Positions 8,260 through 17,512 of a stretch of DNA of 63,715 bases are shown here, piece by piece (the first letter of the stretch is position 1; every line of letters starts with the position of its first letter). This stretch comes from a virus (taxonomy: Duplodnaviria; Caudoviricetes). The notes below the pieces were generated by a model, which did no database searches, was not told the origin of the DNA, and saw only the letters and a list, made by a program, of their open reading frames with translations. Made by a program: the position numbers and the translations under genes. The DNA lies in IMG/VR virus record IMGVR_UViG_3300031949_000032, positions 1 to 63,715 of that record. One strand, 5' to 3'.

Positions 8260-8965
8260 ACAAAATTGCAATGTCCGGGCAAAGAGTTCGAATTTGTTCC
8301 AATTCTGTTTCAATAATCTCTTCGCTTTGCTCGTGTATGAAGTCGTTTGCCTCTGGCGAAATAAGGGAACAGTTTAAATTAAACGGGTCGATGTAAACTT
8401 CCAATTCAATTGTGATAGGCTCACACCCTTTAAAAACAGGTATTTTAATCCTGAAATTATCCGGCAAATTAGATTCTACAAACTGTTTTTTACGATCCTC
8501 AGTATTACCTTTGTTATCATCCCGTTTTTCAATTTCCTTATTAACCTTCGCGGAAAAGTTTTTAAGTTCATGTACCAGATGATCCGAAACTGACCTACTT
8601 TCCAAAAATGAACGGTTCATTTTAATAAAGTCTGCCAGCTTGAAAGCATCCCAAGATTTTTCGGTATTAATACCAAACGCTAAATATTCTGGCGAAAGGC
8701 TTAATTTAGAAGTAATTTGAGTACGGTAAAAGTTTTTTTCGTCTACAAGAAGTTCGCTGGTAAATTTGTTTTTGTCCACTATAATCAGACAAACCTTTTC
8801 GTTTATTTCAGACTTTCTTTTTTCAAGCCATGAAATTATTGATCCGGGACCACCGATAACAATAATTTTTACCGGTTCTTTTAATGGCAATTCCTCCCCA
8901 TCTACAAGGGTAATTTTAAGATTATCACCATTACCACCTACGTTGAAGTTTAATTTATTTTCCAT
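8252..8965 (-). CDS. Conserved Bacteroidetes phage protein (DUF2303/YfdQ-like)
   Basis: Likely start MENKL; FIKMNRSF, IPVFKG; family assignment tentative. Confidence 0.55.
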   Translation of the reverse strand: MENKLNFNVGGNGDNLKITLVDGEELPLKEPVKIIVIGGPGSIISWLEKRKSEINEKVCLIIVDKNKFTSELLVDEKNFYRTQITSKLSLSPEYLAFGINTEKSWDAFKLADFIKMNRSFLESRSVSDHLVHELKNFSAKVNKEIEKRDDNKGNTEDRKKQFVESNLPDNFRIKIPVFKGCEPITIELEVYIDPFNLNCSLISPEANDFIHEQSEEIIETELEQIRTLCPDIAILYV

Positions 8966-9046
8966 ATAATTTGATTTATTTCTGCAATATTGCATTGTTC
9001 CCTGGGTGGTTCCGATGGTTACACCTTACAAACAGGGAGGTTATAA

Positions 9047-9478
9047 TTAGCTATTGGTACCAGTTTTATTTATCTCTTGAAAAATGTTTCTCTGGCGTTC
9101 CGATGGAAGCAACTTTCGTTGCATTAACTGAAGTCCTTCAGCATTGTAAATTGCATATTCACTTGTATCGAAATTGGTAAATGCAAAGCATTCTTCTTTA
9201 ACCAATGTTCCCTTTTCGCGAAGTGCTTTGTAAAGGAATTTTAACCTGTCTTTTTTAGGTTTCATTTTTTCCTCAAATGATTTCTTCAATGCTGCCAACT
9301 CTTCTTTTAACTCGTTTAATTCGAGAGAGTAGTTTGTAAGCTCTTCCTTGTAGTCTACAATTTCGTCCTCATCGAAACTTCTCATATACTGATAATCCGG
9401 TAATAGTTTATCGGCATTATCTCTAATCATTTCAAGCCTTTTAGCTTGTGTTAATTCCTGAAAAATTACTTTGTCCAT
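9047..9478 (-). CDS. Conserved coiled-coil hypothetical protein
   Basis: 143-aa ORF in operon. Confidence 0.75.
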   Translation of the reverse strand: MDKVIFQELTQAKRLEMIRDNADKLLPDYQYMRSFDEDEIVDYKEELTNYSLELNELKEELAALKKSFEEKMKPKKDRLKFLYKALREKGTLVKEECFAFTNFDTSEYAIYNAEGLQLMQRKLLPSERQRNIFQEINKTGTNS

Positions 9479-9502
9479 AATTGTTTTTATTTAAGTGAAT
9501 TA

Positions 9503-10240
9503 TTAAAAAGGATTAATACTGAAATCTATTTCCATATTCTTATCCGCAACTGTTACCAGCTTTCCAGTAGATTCTTCAATTTGTTTTTTAAAGTCTACAG
9601 CATTGCTATTAGCATCTGATAAATGAATAAGAACTATGTTTTGAACCTTGGATAAATCTGTTACTCTTAATGCTTCTTTAGCAGTCTGAATAGACATATG
9701 AGAACGAACGATTCGGTCACGAACAAATGGCACAATTTTTCCAGAAGACACATTATTATTTAATATATCAATGCAGTAATTAGCCTCAATCATAAAATGA
9801 GAAACTCCACTAAAAGAATACGGCGAATAAAATGTGTCCGTAAGAAATACTATCTTGCCTGACAAATCATGGTGTATTATGTAGCCGTAACATTCAACAT
9901 CGTGTTTAACCCTAAAACATTTTATTTTAAATCCTCCAAGATAAAATGTCTCTTTATCTTCTATGGTTTTAGGTCTTTTTAAAGAGGTATACTTTAATTC
10001 TTCTGATGTTTTTGGCGACATATAGACATTAATACCAGCTTTCATAAAATCATTTACCTTTCCAGCGTGATCAAGATGGGAGTGCGTGACAATACAGCCT
10101 ACTATTTTTGAAATGTTAAAACCAATAGCTTCTTTAACTTTATGCATAGATACTCCTGTCTCAATTATTAAGCATTCGTTTTCCGTATCTAATAGGTAGC
10201 AATTCCCTCTACTATTAGACCCCAATATTAATAATTGCAT
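9503..10240 (-). CDS. Metallo-beta-lactamase-fold nuclease
   Basis: LGSNSRGNCY, THSHLDHA, HD, TDT, EANY, HLS. Confidence 0.9.
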   Translation of the reverse strand: MQLLILGSNSRGNCYLLDTENECLIIETGVSMHKVKEAIGFNISKIVGCIVTHSHLDHAGKVNDFMKAGINVYMSPKTSEELKYTSLKRPKTIEDKETFYLGGFKIKCFRVKHDVECYGYIIHHDLSGKIVFLTDTFYSPYSFSGVSHFMIEANYCIDILNNNVSSGKIVPFVRDRIVRSHMSIQTAKEALRVTDLSKVQNIVLIHLSDANSNAVDFKKQIEESTGKLVTVADKNMEIDFSINPF

Positions 10241-10868
10241 AATGTTGTTTTTTTTTATTTGGTGGAGTTGTTAAGGCATCTATTAATGGTAGTTTTTCTA
10301 ATCTTCTTTTTAATGAAGTAGAACTAATACCTATTTTAGTTGCCCAATCTTTACGGCACATTGTAACGTTATTTAAGGTTAATTTTACTGTTCTTCTTGT
10401 ATTTCTTAACTGGTCTAATTGTGTCGCCCATTTACAATTTAAGGGGGAGTAACCTTTATTGTTGTCGATTCGTTCTATGGTTAGATTTTCCTTATATCCA
10501 TTTGATAAAGCCCAATTAATAAATAATTTTGCGTCTAGCCATTCGGAGTACATAGTAATTCCACGTTGGCCATAATGCTTATAATTATGATCATTCGCAT
10601 TATAACATCTTTGTTTCATACTATGCCACACGTTATAAATTGAAGTATTGTGCATTCCATGCCTAGTTGACCTTATACTTGCCACTTCCTTCGTTAAACA
10701 TCCGCAACTTTGGGTATTTCTTTTAAAAGCATCTATCCTAATATGCTTTTGTGTCCCACAGTCACACTTACACAAAAACCATCTTTTAGTTTTTACTTGT
10801 TCAACTTCCTTTAGTATAACCAGGCGACCATACCGATCGCCTGGTTTAATTTCTAGTTTATTTGGCAT
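10215..10868 (-). CDS. HNH homing endonuclease
   Basis: CKCDCG...SCGC, MKQRC, TIERIDNNKGYSPLNCKWAT; likely start MPNKLE. Confidence 0.85.
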   Translation of the reverse strand: MPNKLEIKPGDRYGRLVILKEVEQVKTKRWFLCKCDCGTQKHIRIDAFKRNTQSCGCLTKEVASIRSTRHGMHNTSIYNVWHSMKQRCYNANDHNYKHYGQRGITMYSEWLDAKLFINWALSNGYKENLTIERIDNNKGYSPLNCKWATQLDQLRNTRRTVKLTLNNVTMCRKDWATKIGISSTSLKRRLEKLPLIDALTTPPNKKKQHYAIINIGV

Positions 10869-10869
10869 G

Positions 10870-11835
10870 TTATTCGAAGCCTGGGCCATCAAGTGTTGGT
10901 TGAACTGACTGTTGTGGCGGTGTTGAAGCTGGTGCATTTACTGGCTTAGCCTGAGTAGTATTTTCAGGTTTAGGATTAGTCTGTGCCTGTGAATTATTTG
11001 GCACATTTGTAGGTTTTACTAGTTCCGTTTTTTTAGTTTCAGCATTAGGTCCTAAATCCAAAGGTTCTTTATTGGCGTTGTCCTTAATCTCTTTATTAAC
11101 CTTATCGGAAACATCTTCATGTGCAATATCAATAGTATGTTCAATATCCTCCATTTCTTCAGTGGTTTTCATACCCATAGATAATTCAGGAGCATACCCA
11201 TTTGTCCAAAACGAGGCAGAACGATATATTAGCATTTGTCTATGCATTGTGACCCATTTAGAACCAGCCTTAGTATACCAACCTTCCTCTATTGCCATTT
11301 TAATACTAACGGGAGAAGATTCTAATACTACGTCACTTCCTTTAGCCGTAGTAAAGGCTACACATTCTATATTGTCAATATTTGTACCGTCAAATTCAAC
11401 AATTTTAGCCTCTGTTTTATAATGACCTTTACCACCGTTTTCGCCATTTACCCATTTTTTATCATAAACAGTAGTTGGAATCTTACCAATTTTACCAAGA
11501 TTAGTAAAACGATACTGCATAGAATTGTAACGGCCACAAGTATTAACAGTAGCAATAAGGAACTTACTACTCCAAGTAGGTTTTCCATAAATGACTACCA
11601 TATTTTGCATAATCATTAATATACCGGCTCCAATCCTATTGGACATATCAATAGCAATCATGCAGTTTGCCATTGCTTTTGGCTCAGGATTTTTATCGCT
11701 GATTTTATACATGTCTGGGACTAAATCTGAATTTGCAAACATTTTGCAAACCCTCTGCATGTTGTTGAATTGTTCTGTATCAAAAAAATTGAATACAGGA
11801 ACATTAGAATTTTGTTTTACTAAACTTTGTTTCAT
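10870..11835 (-). CDS. RecT/Beta-like single-strand annealing protein
   Basis: NCMIA...MQNM...GKPTWSSKF; W..K.GSKW...QML.YR. Confidence 0.75.
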   Translation of the reverse strand: MKQSLVKQNSNVPVFNFFDTEQFNNMQRVCKMFANSDLVPDMYKISDKNPEPKAMANCMIAIDMSNRIGAGILMIMQNMVVIYGKPTWSSKFLIATVNTCGRYNSMQYRFTNLGKIGKIPTTVYDKKWVNGENGGKGHYKTEAKIVEFDGTNIDNIECVAFTTAKGSDVVLESSPVSIKMAIEEGWYTKAGSKWVTMHRQMLIYRSASFWTNGYAPELSMGMKTTEEMEDIEHTIDIAHEDVSDKVNKEIKDNANKEPLDLGPNAETKKTELVKPTNVPNNSQAQTNPKPENTTQAKPVNAPASTPPQQSVQPTLDGPGFE

Positions 11836-11871
11836 AATCACCTTTATTTTAGATTTATTTATAAATATTTA

Positions 11872-13803
11872 TTATGCTACTCTGAGTTCAGGATCCATTG
11901 TCACTACTAATCGTACAAGTTGAGAATCCATAGGAATGAGTTGGTTTACACTTTCGGAGTTATCAGTGAAAACAGGGGCAGTTACATTGTAATGATTACA
12001 GAGTGTTTTTATAATATCCAATCCCCCATTGACTTTAGCTGCATTATTAAGGTCAGCCCAAGGAACACCATTTACTAACGTATCACAACATGGTTCTATA
12101 CCTCCATTTATGTTTTTAGAGAACATTTTAAACTGGACGTATGAGAATAGGCTATTTACAGTTTCTTCAATCCGGTCAATTTTAGCCTTTTCAAAATCAA
12201 GAATAACAAACTCTTGTTTTTCAAGATCGGCCAATTGCTGGGAAAGTTTTTTATCTTCTTCGTTAAGTTCTGTAATTCTTCGTTGAGCCTTTTCATTAAC
12301 ATCTTTAAGTGCTAATTTAGCTTTATACAAGCTTATTGAATTAATTATACCAGACTTTATCTCTTGAAGCTCCCTTGTGTCCGTAGGGGTTGGTTTTGGC
12401 TTACTTTGAATCGCAACAATTTCATCATGTATTTCTTTTAAAACAGATGTTGGTATCGGTTCAGCAATTACAACAGTATCCTGTTCTAATTTAAGACTTA
12501 GTTTAGCACTTGTTAAATCCCGATATAGTGTAGTCATTAATACCGTCTTTTCGGCAAGCTCTTCTTTCATTATTTTAATGACATTTGCATAACCTTGGCC
12601 TTGCTTTGTCATTGATTCAAGCTTTTGAAGTTTATCTGTATTGAAATGGGCTTGCATTTCAGCCTTTCTTTCTTCAATATTTTCAGATTCAAATGCTCTA
12701 TTGCAAGCTGGGCAGATAAATTCATCATCGGAGAATACTATTGCTTTTGCATTTTCTGTGTGCCAATCTGCCAAAAGTGTATTTTTCCGAACGGTATTGG
12801 TATCTATTTCTCTGGTTAAATACTCAATCCTTTCAGATGCCATTGAGTAATCGTTACCAAAATTCTTTACTTTATTTTCTAAAACAGATACCCTTGTTCT
12901 TTTATCGTTTTCTGCTTTTTGCACAGTTTGACTATGGTTAAACTCCAATTGTGACCGTTTTTGAATAAGTTCATTTATTTTTTTCTGGTCATTCAATTGT
13001 TCGTCAAGAATATTTTGAGGGATAATTGATTTATCAACTATAGCTCTATCTACATCCTTTAATTGTAGTTCAAGTCCTGAAATTTCAGCCGTTATCTGTT
13101 CATAATCCTGTTCGTCTATCATCCCCCTTTGAACTTCACTTATTCGGGTTGGAATTTTTTCAAGTTCCTCTTTAACAATTTTCTTCTTCGCTGAAATCTC
13201 ACTTTTAAACTTTTCAAAAGTTTTGCCAGGTGTTATTAAAGCCACTAATTCCATAAAAGCTGGCTTTAATTGCGAGATTTCAAAATCTGTAACATTTCCA
13301 GCAATGCGCGATAATACTTCTCTCCTTTTGTCCCATTTCAATGAATTGAAGTAAAAAGGAGATGTTATAAGTTTGAATAAATCCTCGTCAATAATTTCGT
13401 TTATGGCTGCCTGATATTCACCGGCTTGGTACGGAGCATCATTTATAAAATATAATGTTTCATGTCCGGTAAACTCTGTGGTCTCAGAACCTTTTTTCTT
13501 GGTCCATTTTTCTTTATAAACCCTACGGAAAGTTGAAGGTACACCGTCAATTTTAAGCACACCAATAACTTCATGGTCAATCTTTGGGATATGAACATTA
13601 TTTACATCAAGTGTTTTAATGTTGAAATCTTTACTACCAGTACTATCTTTCCCAAATAGCAACCACGTGAAAGCATCAAAAATTGTTGTTTTACCGAGAC
13701 CGTTTGCTCCAAAAATACTTGTGAGCCAATTAAAAACTATTGTCAGTTCTTTAATACCTTTGAAATTTATGAGTGATAAACTTTCTAATTCTACATTTTT
13801 CAT
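11872..13803 (-). CDS. SMC/Rad50-like AAA ATPase
   Basis: NFKG, GANGLGKTT, CPAC zinc hook, coiled coils, FTDNSE. Confidence 0.9.
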   Translation of the reverse strand: MKNVELESLSLINFKGIKELTIVFNWLTSIFGANGLGKTTIFDAFTWLLFGKDSTGSKDFNIKTLDVNNVHIPKIDHEVIGVLKIDGVPSTFRRVYKEKWTKKKGSETTEFTGHETLYFINDAPYQAGEYQAAINEIIDEDLFKLITSPFYFNSLKWDKRREVLSRIAGNVTDFEISQLKPAFMELVALITPGKTFEKFKSEISAKKKIVKEELEKIPTRISEVQRGMIDEQDYEQITAEISGLELQLKDVDRAIVDKSIIPQNILDEQLNDQKKINELIQKRSQLEFNHSQTVQKAENDKRTRVSVLENKVKNFGNDYSMASERIEYLTREIDTNTVRKNTLLADWHTENAKAIVFSDDEFICPACNRAFESENIEERKAEMQAHFNTDKLQKLESMTKQGQGYANVIKIMKEELAEKTVLMTTLYRDLTSAKLSLKLEQDTVVIAEPIPTSVLKEIHDEIVAIQSKPKPTPTDTRELQEIKSGIINSISLYKAKLALKDVNEKAQRRITELNEEDKKLSQQLADLEKQEFVILDFEKAKIDRIEETVNSLFSYVQFKMFSKNINGGIEPCCDTLVNGVPWADLNNAAKVNGGLDIIKTLCNHYNVTAPVFTDNSESVNQLIPMDSQLVRLVVTMDPELRVA

Positions 13804-13808
13804 ACAGA

Positions 13809-13925
13809 TTAATTATTAAGAGATTTAAATTTTTTATGCTTAGGGCGTTCCGATGGAATCATTTTTAATCCTAAAAAAATAAGGATCATGCCTACAATTA
13901 AACAAATTGTTATAATTATCGACAT
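13809..13925 (-). CDS. 38-aa single-TM protein
   Basis: Read by hand: MSIIITICLIVGMILIFLGLKMIPSERPKHKKFKSLNN. Confidence 0.55.
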   Translation of the reverse strand: MSIIITICLIVGMILIFLGLKMIPSERPKHKKFKSLNN

Positions 13926-14440
13926 TAGCAATAAATTTTATGTTTTCTAAACGATGCTTCCAACTCATTACGGTTTAAATAAATAGTTGAATTACTACCT
14001 TTTCCTTTTGATATGGAAACTTCACCTTTATGAGTGTCCATATATTTTTCATAACGAGTTGGTTTATTGTCAAAATATTGAGATATAGCATCTCTCCTTG
14101 TTATTAAAGGAGCATTAAACCCTAAGGCATCTGCCATTTCTTTAGCGGTTCTTTTTGCAGTTTCGTTAATTATAGATTCAATACTAGAGTCTATAAATTT
14201 GCTTTGTTCTTCAACTACTGAAGATTGTTTTTCTTCAATACCCAAATTCCTATTTATAATAGAAATTGCAGCCGCAATAACAGTTTCAATACTCTTATCA
14301 CTACAGTTACTATACCCATTTAAAACCCTGGCAACATGGGTAGGACTTAGTCCTGTAATTTCAGCTACCTTAGCCTTATTCCGACCAAGTAATGTTCTAA
14401 TCTCGTCTAAATTTGTAAGGGTTTGTTTTGTAGATGTCAT
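13925..14440 (-). CDS. Cro-like HTH protein with C-terminal excisionase-like domain
   Basis: KVAEITGLSPTHVARVLNG helix-turn-helix; first gene divergent from CI; C-terminal LITRRDA...YLNRNEL. Confidence 0.7.
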   Translation of the reverse strand: MTSTKQTLTNLDEIRTLLGRNKAKVAEITGLSPTHVARVLNGYSNCSDKSIETVIAAAISIINRNLGIEEKQSSVVEEQSKFIDSSIESIINETAKRTAKEMADALGFNAPLITRRDAISQYFDNKPTRYEKYMDTHKGEVSISKGKGSNSTIYLNRNELEASFRKHKIYC

Positions 14441-14457
14441 AATATAATTTATATTTG
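14427..14457 (+). promoter_or_regulatory. Rightward (repressor) promoter
   Basis: TTTG(14427)-N19-TATATTTG(14450). Confidence 0.6.
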
Positions 14458-14484
14458 GTTATGTTTATGTAAAAAACAACAATG

Positions 14485-14515
14485 CAAATATAACTAAATT
14501 TCGACATAATACAAA
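14485..14515 (-). promoter_or_regulatory. Leftward lytic promoter
   Basis: TTTG-N19-TATATTTG; spacer contains TTATGTCGAAAT, identical to 991-1002. Confidence 0.75.
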
Positions 14516-14566
14516 CATTTTGTATTATAAATTACAAATAACTATAACAATTTAATACTGATTATT

Positions 14567-15178
14567 ATGAAAGATAATGAACGAATGAATCTGTTGCTTT
14601 CTGAATTAAATGAAACAGCCAACAGTTTTGCAAAAACAATAGGGTTGCATCCTACCAATATCTACCATGTTCTGAATGGGAGGAATAAAATATCGGATAA
14701 ACTGGCTACACTTATTATAAATAAGTACGACCAAATTAATCCAGATTGGTTGACTCATGGCAAAGGAGAGATATATAACAAAATTACAACTACTATTACA
14801 CATGAGAATAAAACAATTTCGATGGCGCTGGGTGAATATGAATTTGGGGATATCTCAATTGAGCCCAATGGCGAAAAATTCATAATCCCCGGAATGAGTG
14901 AAGGATTTTTAATTAGGGTACGCGATGATTCAATGAGTCCTTTATATAATCCAGGAGATTTAGTAAGTGCCAGATTTGTTGAATTGACATCCCCTATTAT
15001 CTGGGGTAAGAATTACATAGTACTTACAAGTAATATTGGAATCATCCGTAAATTATTACCTGGTAACGAAAATGAGATTAAAATGGTATCAATTAACAGT
15101 AATTACCCTGAATTAGTTATGGACAATAAGATTATTAAGAAGTTGGCAAAAATTAGTGGAGTGGTTCATTTAGAATAG
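14567..15178 (+). CDS. cI: CI-like repressor (XRE HTH + S24 peptidase-like domain)
   Basis: N-terminal HTH with NPDWLTHGKG; VRDDSMSPLYNPGD; divergent from Cro-like gene, next to integrase. Confidence 0.9.
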   Translation: MKDNERMNLLLSELNETANSFAKTIGLHPTNIYHVLNGRNKISDKLATLIINKYDQINPDWLTHGKGEIYNKITTTITHENKTISMALGEYEFGDISIEPNGEKFIIPGMSEGFLIRVRDDSMSPLYNPGDLVSARFVELTSPIIWGKNYIVLTSNIGIIRKLLPGNENEIKMVSINSNYPELVMDNKIIKKLAKISGVVHLE

Positions 15179-16457
15179 TGTTTTGTAATTTGTCTATGAC
15201 TTTTCTATTACATTCATCAATTATTTTTAATCTCTTTTCAATGTATACATGCGTTGTCTGGTTTGATGTCTCATCATGCCCAAGACAAACTGATATTAAA
15301 CTTTCTGGTATTTCACAATCATTCCAAGCTATTGTAGCCCACGAATGACGAAACCAGTAACTAGTAATATCTTTGGCATTTGCAAACTTTAAATCTTTGC
15401 AAATGTCCTTTATATTATCGTTTAAAAACTTCATAAATTCATGGTGATCCTTATATTGATATGGTATTCTAAAGTACTTAGGTCTGTTAACCGTTCGCTC
15501 ATTTAAATTATTATCGGCAAACCGAAGCAAATACTTATCTCCTTTAAACCTATTAATTATCTCCAGTGCTTCAGGTTCTATTTTTATTGAATAAGACCTA
15601 TTATTTTTACTTTTTGTTTTGGCTCGTATATAATCCAATCTTCCATTATTAGGGGTCGTACTCCAAAACAGGTCAATAATATTGATCCCAATCAAATAAA
15701 AAATAAGCATTGCAATATCCCTGGATATAGCCAACCTCTCATTATCAGTTTCATAATTTTTAAAAGCCAGTACCTCTTGTAAGGTAAGGTTTCGCTTCTT
15801 GGTTGGGGAGCTTTTTATTTTGTATAGCTCAAATGGATTTTCAATTAGTTTTATTAGCTTCTGTTTTTTAGCAAGATAAAGTAAGTGCCTAATATTTCTC
15901 ATGTGTATAGATATTGTATTTACTGCTAAAAACTTATCCTTTCCTTTCCTATCCTTTTTTGGGCGTTTTAAAAATTGCTCATACTCAATTAAAAACTGGT
16001 AGTTTATTTGGTTAAAATCCAAAATACGGACTCCTATAAAATCAGATACACTATTAACAGTAAATTCAAACAATTCTGCGGATGATTTTTTACCAGATAA
16101 TTTTAAACTGGATATCTCTCGTTCAGAAAAACAGAAGAAATCTTCCCCGATCTCTGTAATATTTTTTAACACGCGTACCAATTGATTAATATCCATATGT
16201 TTTATCCGGTCTCCAATATTATCTATGGCAATATCTTCATATCCTTCAATAATACCTCTCAATTTTCGGCTTAATACCTTATAATTTGGGTGTTTTGTTT
16301 CAATTGTTCCTGATACGTTATCGAAAAACTTAGGATCAATATCATATTCGGTAGAAATATATCGAGTCGCACCAGCATGGGAAACGCGAATTTTTATATT
16401 ACATTTACCATCATTTTTTACTTCTAATTCCCTGATCTGTGCTTTAAAGCTTGCCAT
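15153..16457 (-). CDS. int: Tyrosine integrase (Bacteroidetes arm-binding + SAM-like type)
   Basis: N-terminal IKIRVSH arm domain; GINIIDL, YWFRHSWAT, LGH, catalytic Tyr in THVYI. Confidence 0.93.
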   Translation of the reverse strand: MASFKAQIRELEVKNDGKCNIKIRVSHAGATRYISTEYDIDPKFFDNVSGTIETKHPNYKVLSRKLRGIIEGYEDIAIDNIGDRIKHMDINQLVRVLKNITEIGEDFFCFSEREISSLKLSGKKSSAELFEFTVNSVSDFIGVRILDFNQINYQFLIEYEQFLKRPKKDRKGKDKFLAVNTISIHMRNIRHLLYLAKKQKLIKLIENPFELYKIKSSPTKKRNLTLQEVLAFKNYETDNERLAISRDIAMLIFYLIGINIIDLFWSTTPNNGRLDYIRAKTKSKNNRSYSIKIEPEALEIINRFKGDKYLLRFADNNLNERTVNRPKYFRIPYQYKDHHEFMKFLNDNIKDICKDLKFANAKDITSYWFRHSWATIAWNDCEIPESLISVCLGHDETSNQTTHVYIEKRLKIIDECNRKVIDKLQNTILNEPLH

Positions 16458-16464
16458 ATATTTA

Positions 16465-16484
16465 CGCGTGTAATTCGCGTGTAA
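16465..16484 (+). promoter_or_regulatory. Integrase arm-type sites (P arm)
   Basis: CGCGTGTAA twice with 11-bp period. Confidence 0.65.
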
Positions 16485-16619
16485 ATGTATTTAAATATAA
16501 TTAAAAGTAAAAAATATAAATAATACATGTTACTTATTATAACATATATAAATCTATTACTCAATAAAATATATTGATTATTAAAACATTATGTTTTATA
16601 TATGTATGTTATTAAAACC

Positions 16620-16666
16620 TGCATGGGGTGCAAGTGGTCGGACGTTCGAGTCGTCTCACCCCGACA
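16620..16666 (+). other. attP core: 3' half of tRNA-Pro(GGG)
   Basis: TGCATGGGGTGCAAG anticodon arm, GGACG-TTCGAGT-CGTCT T-arm, CACCCCGA acceptor strand; no 5' half; adjacent to int. Confidence 0.88.
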
Positions 16667-16674
16667 CCAACAAC

Positions 16675-16713
16675 AAAAAGGGTTTCAGTAAATATCACTG
16701 AAACCCTTTTTTT
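16675..16713. terminator. Bidirectional intrinsic terminator
   Basis: AAAAAGGGTTTCAGT-loop-ACTGAAACCCTTTTTTT. Confidence 0.85.
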
Positions 16714-16720
16714 ATGCATT

Positions 16721-16740
16721 AGCGTGTAATTAGCGTGTAC
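16721..16740 (+). promoter_or_regulatory. Integrase arm-type sites (P' arm)
   Basis: AGCGTGTAA and AGCGTGTAC with 11-bp period, same motif as 16465-16484. Confidence 0.65.
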
Positions 16741-16746
16741 TTTTTT

Positions 16747-17511
16747 TTAAGTAGGGAATTCTGAATATGCCCGCCGGGTAGGTTTAAGGTTAAAAAGATT
16801 ACCCATGATACTATCTTTCTGGTCCACATAATTACTTTTATAGGATAGTTCCATATCCTTTAACCCAACCATACTGTACCATTCGCCCAAAACATAACAA
16901 ATTAGGCAGTTTTTAATTTTGGATTCAATGAAATTGATAACGTTTATTTTATACTCAGGATCATAATCGATAACAAAAATAATCTTTTCCTTAGTATCGA
17001 TCCAGTCTGGAAGATTTTCCCAAATTGTAGAACCCAATTCACTTACAGGAGTCAGATATGCTGATGTTGAAATGCATTTATAAATCTTATTATCATATTT
17101 AATAATATCATCAGGATGGTAAATAGTTGAAATATCAAATAAAGGTATTATTTCACCCACATCATGAAGATAACCTGGTGTTATGGCTTTACAGAAAGCT
17201 ACAAATATAGAATATAGGTCAGTAGATGCGTTTTTACAGAATGTTGAGAATATACTTAGCTCATCATCTGTCATTGCATATTCATCAATTAACGAATCAC
17301 CCGCTTTATTTTTTATACTTCTGGCTCTAATAGCGGTTATTTTTTTTACTTCCGAAAATATATCCTCTATAAGATATATGAACATAACCATATTGCCGGT
17401 TTGTGCCGGAACTGTTACAGTTGATTGTGTAGTCTGAATATTCGGATTAGGCTCTGCAAAAAACTCAATCAATCCCTGTTTTATCGATTCTATAGATTCA
17501 GTATATGTCAT
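16747..17511 (-). CDS. Probable virion protein with inserted CBM5/12-like module
   Basis: FDISTIYHPDDIIKYDNKIYKCI...TP......W segment; C-terminal YVLGEWY. Confidence 0.55.
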   Translation of the reverse strand: MTYTESIESIKQGLIEFFAEPNPNIQTTQSTVTVPAQTGNMVMFIYLIEDIFSEVKKITAIRARSIKNKAGDSLIDEYAMTDDELSIFSTFCKNASTDLYSIFVAFCKAITPGYLHDVGEIIPLFDISTIYHPDDIIKYDNKIYKCISTSAYLTPVSELGSTIWENLPDWIDTKEKIIFVIDYDPEYKINVINFIESKIKNCLICYVLGEWYSMVGLKDMELSYKSNYVDQKDSIMGNLFNLKPTRRAYSEFPT

Positions 17512-17512
17512 A

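Noticed and set aside
16620-16666. Functional phage tRNA-Pro gene
   Set aside because: The 5' acceptor strand and D-arm are missing; position next to int indicates an attP core
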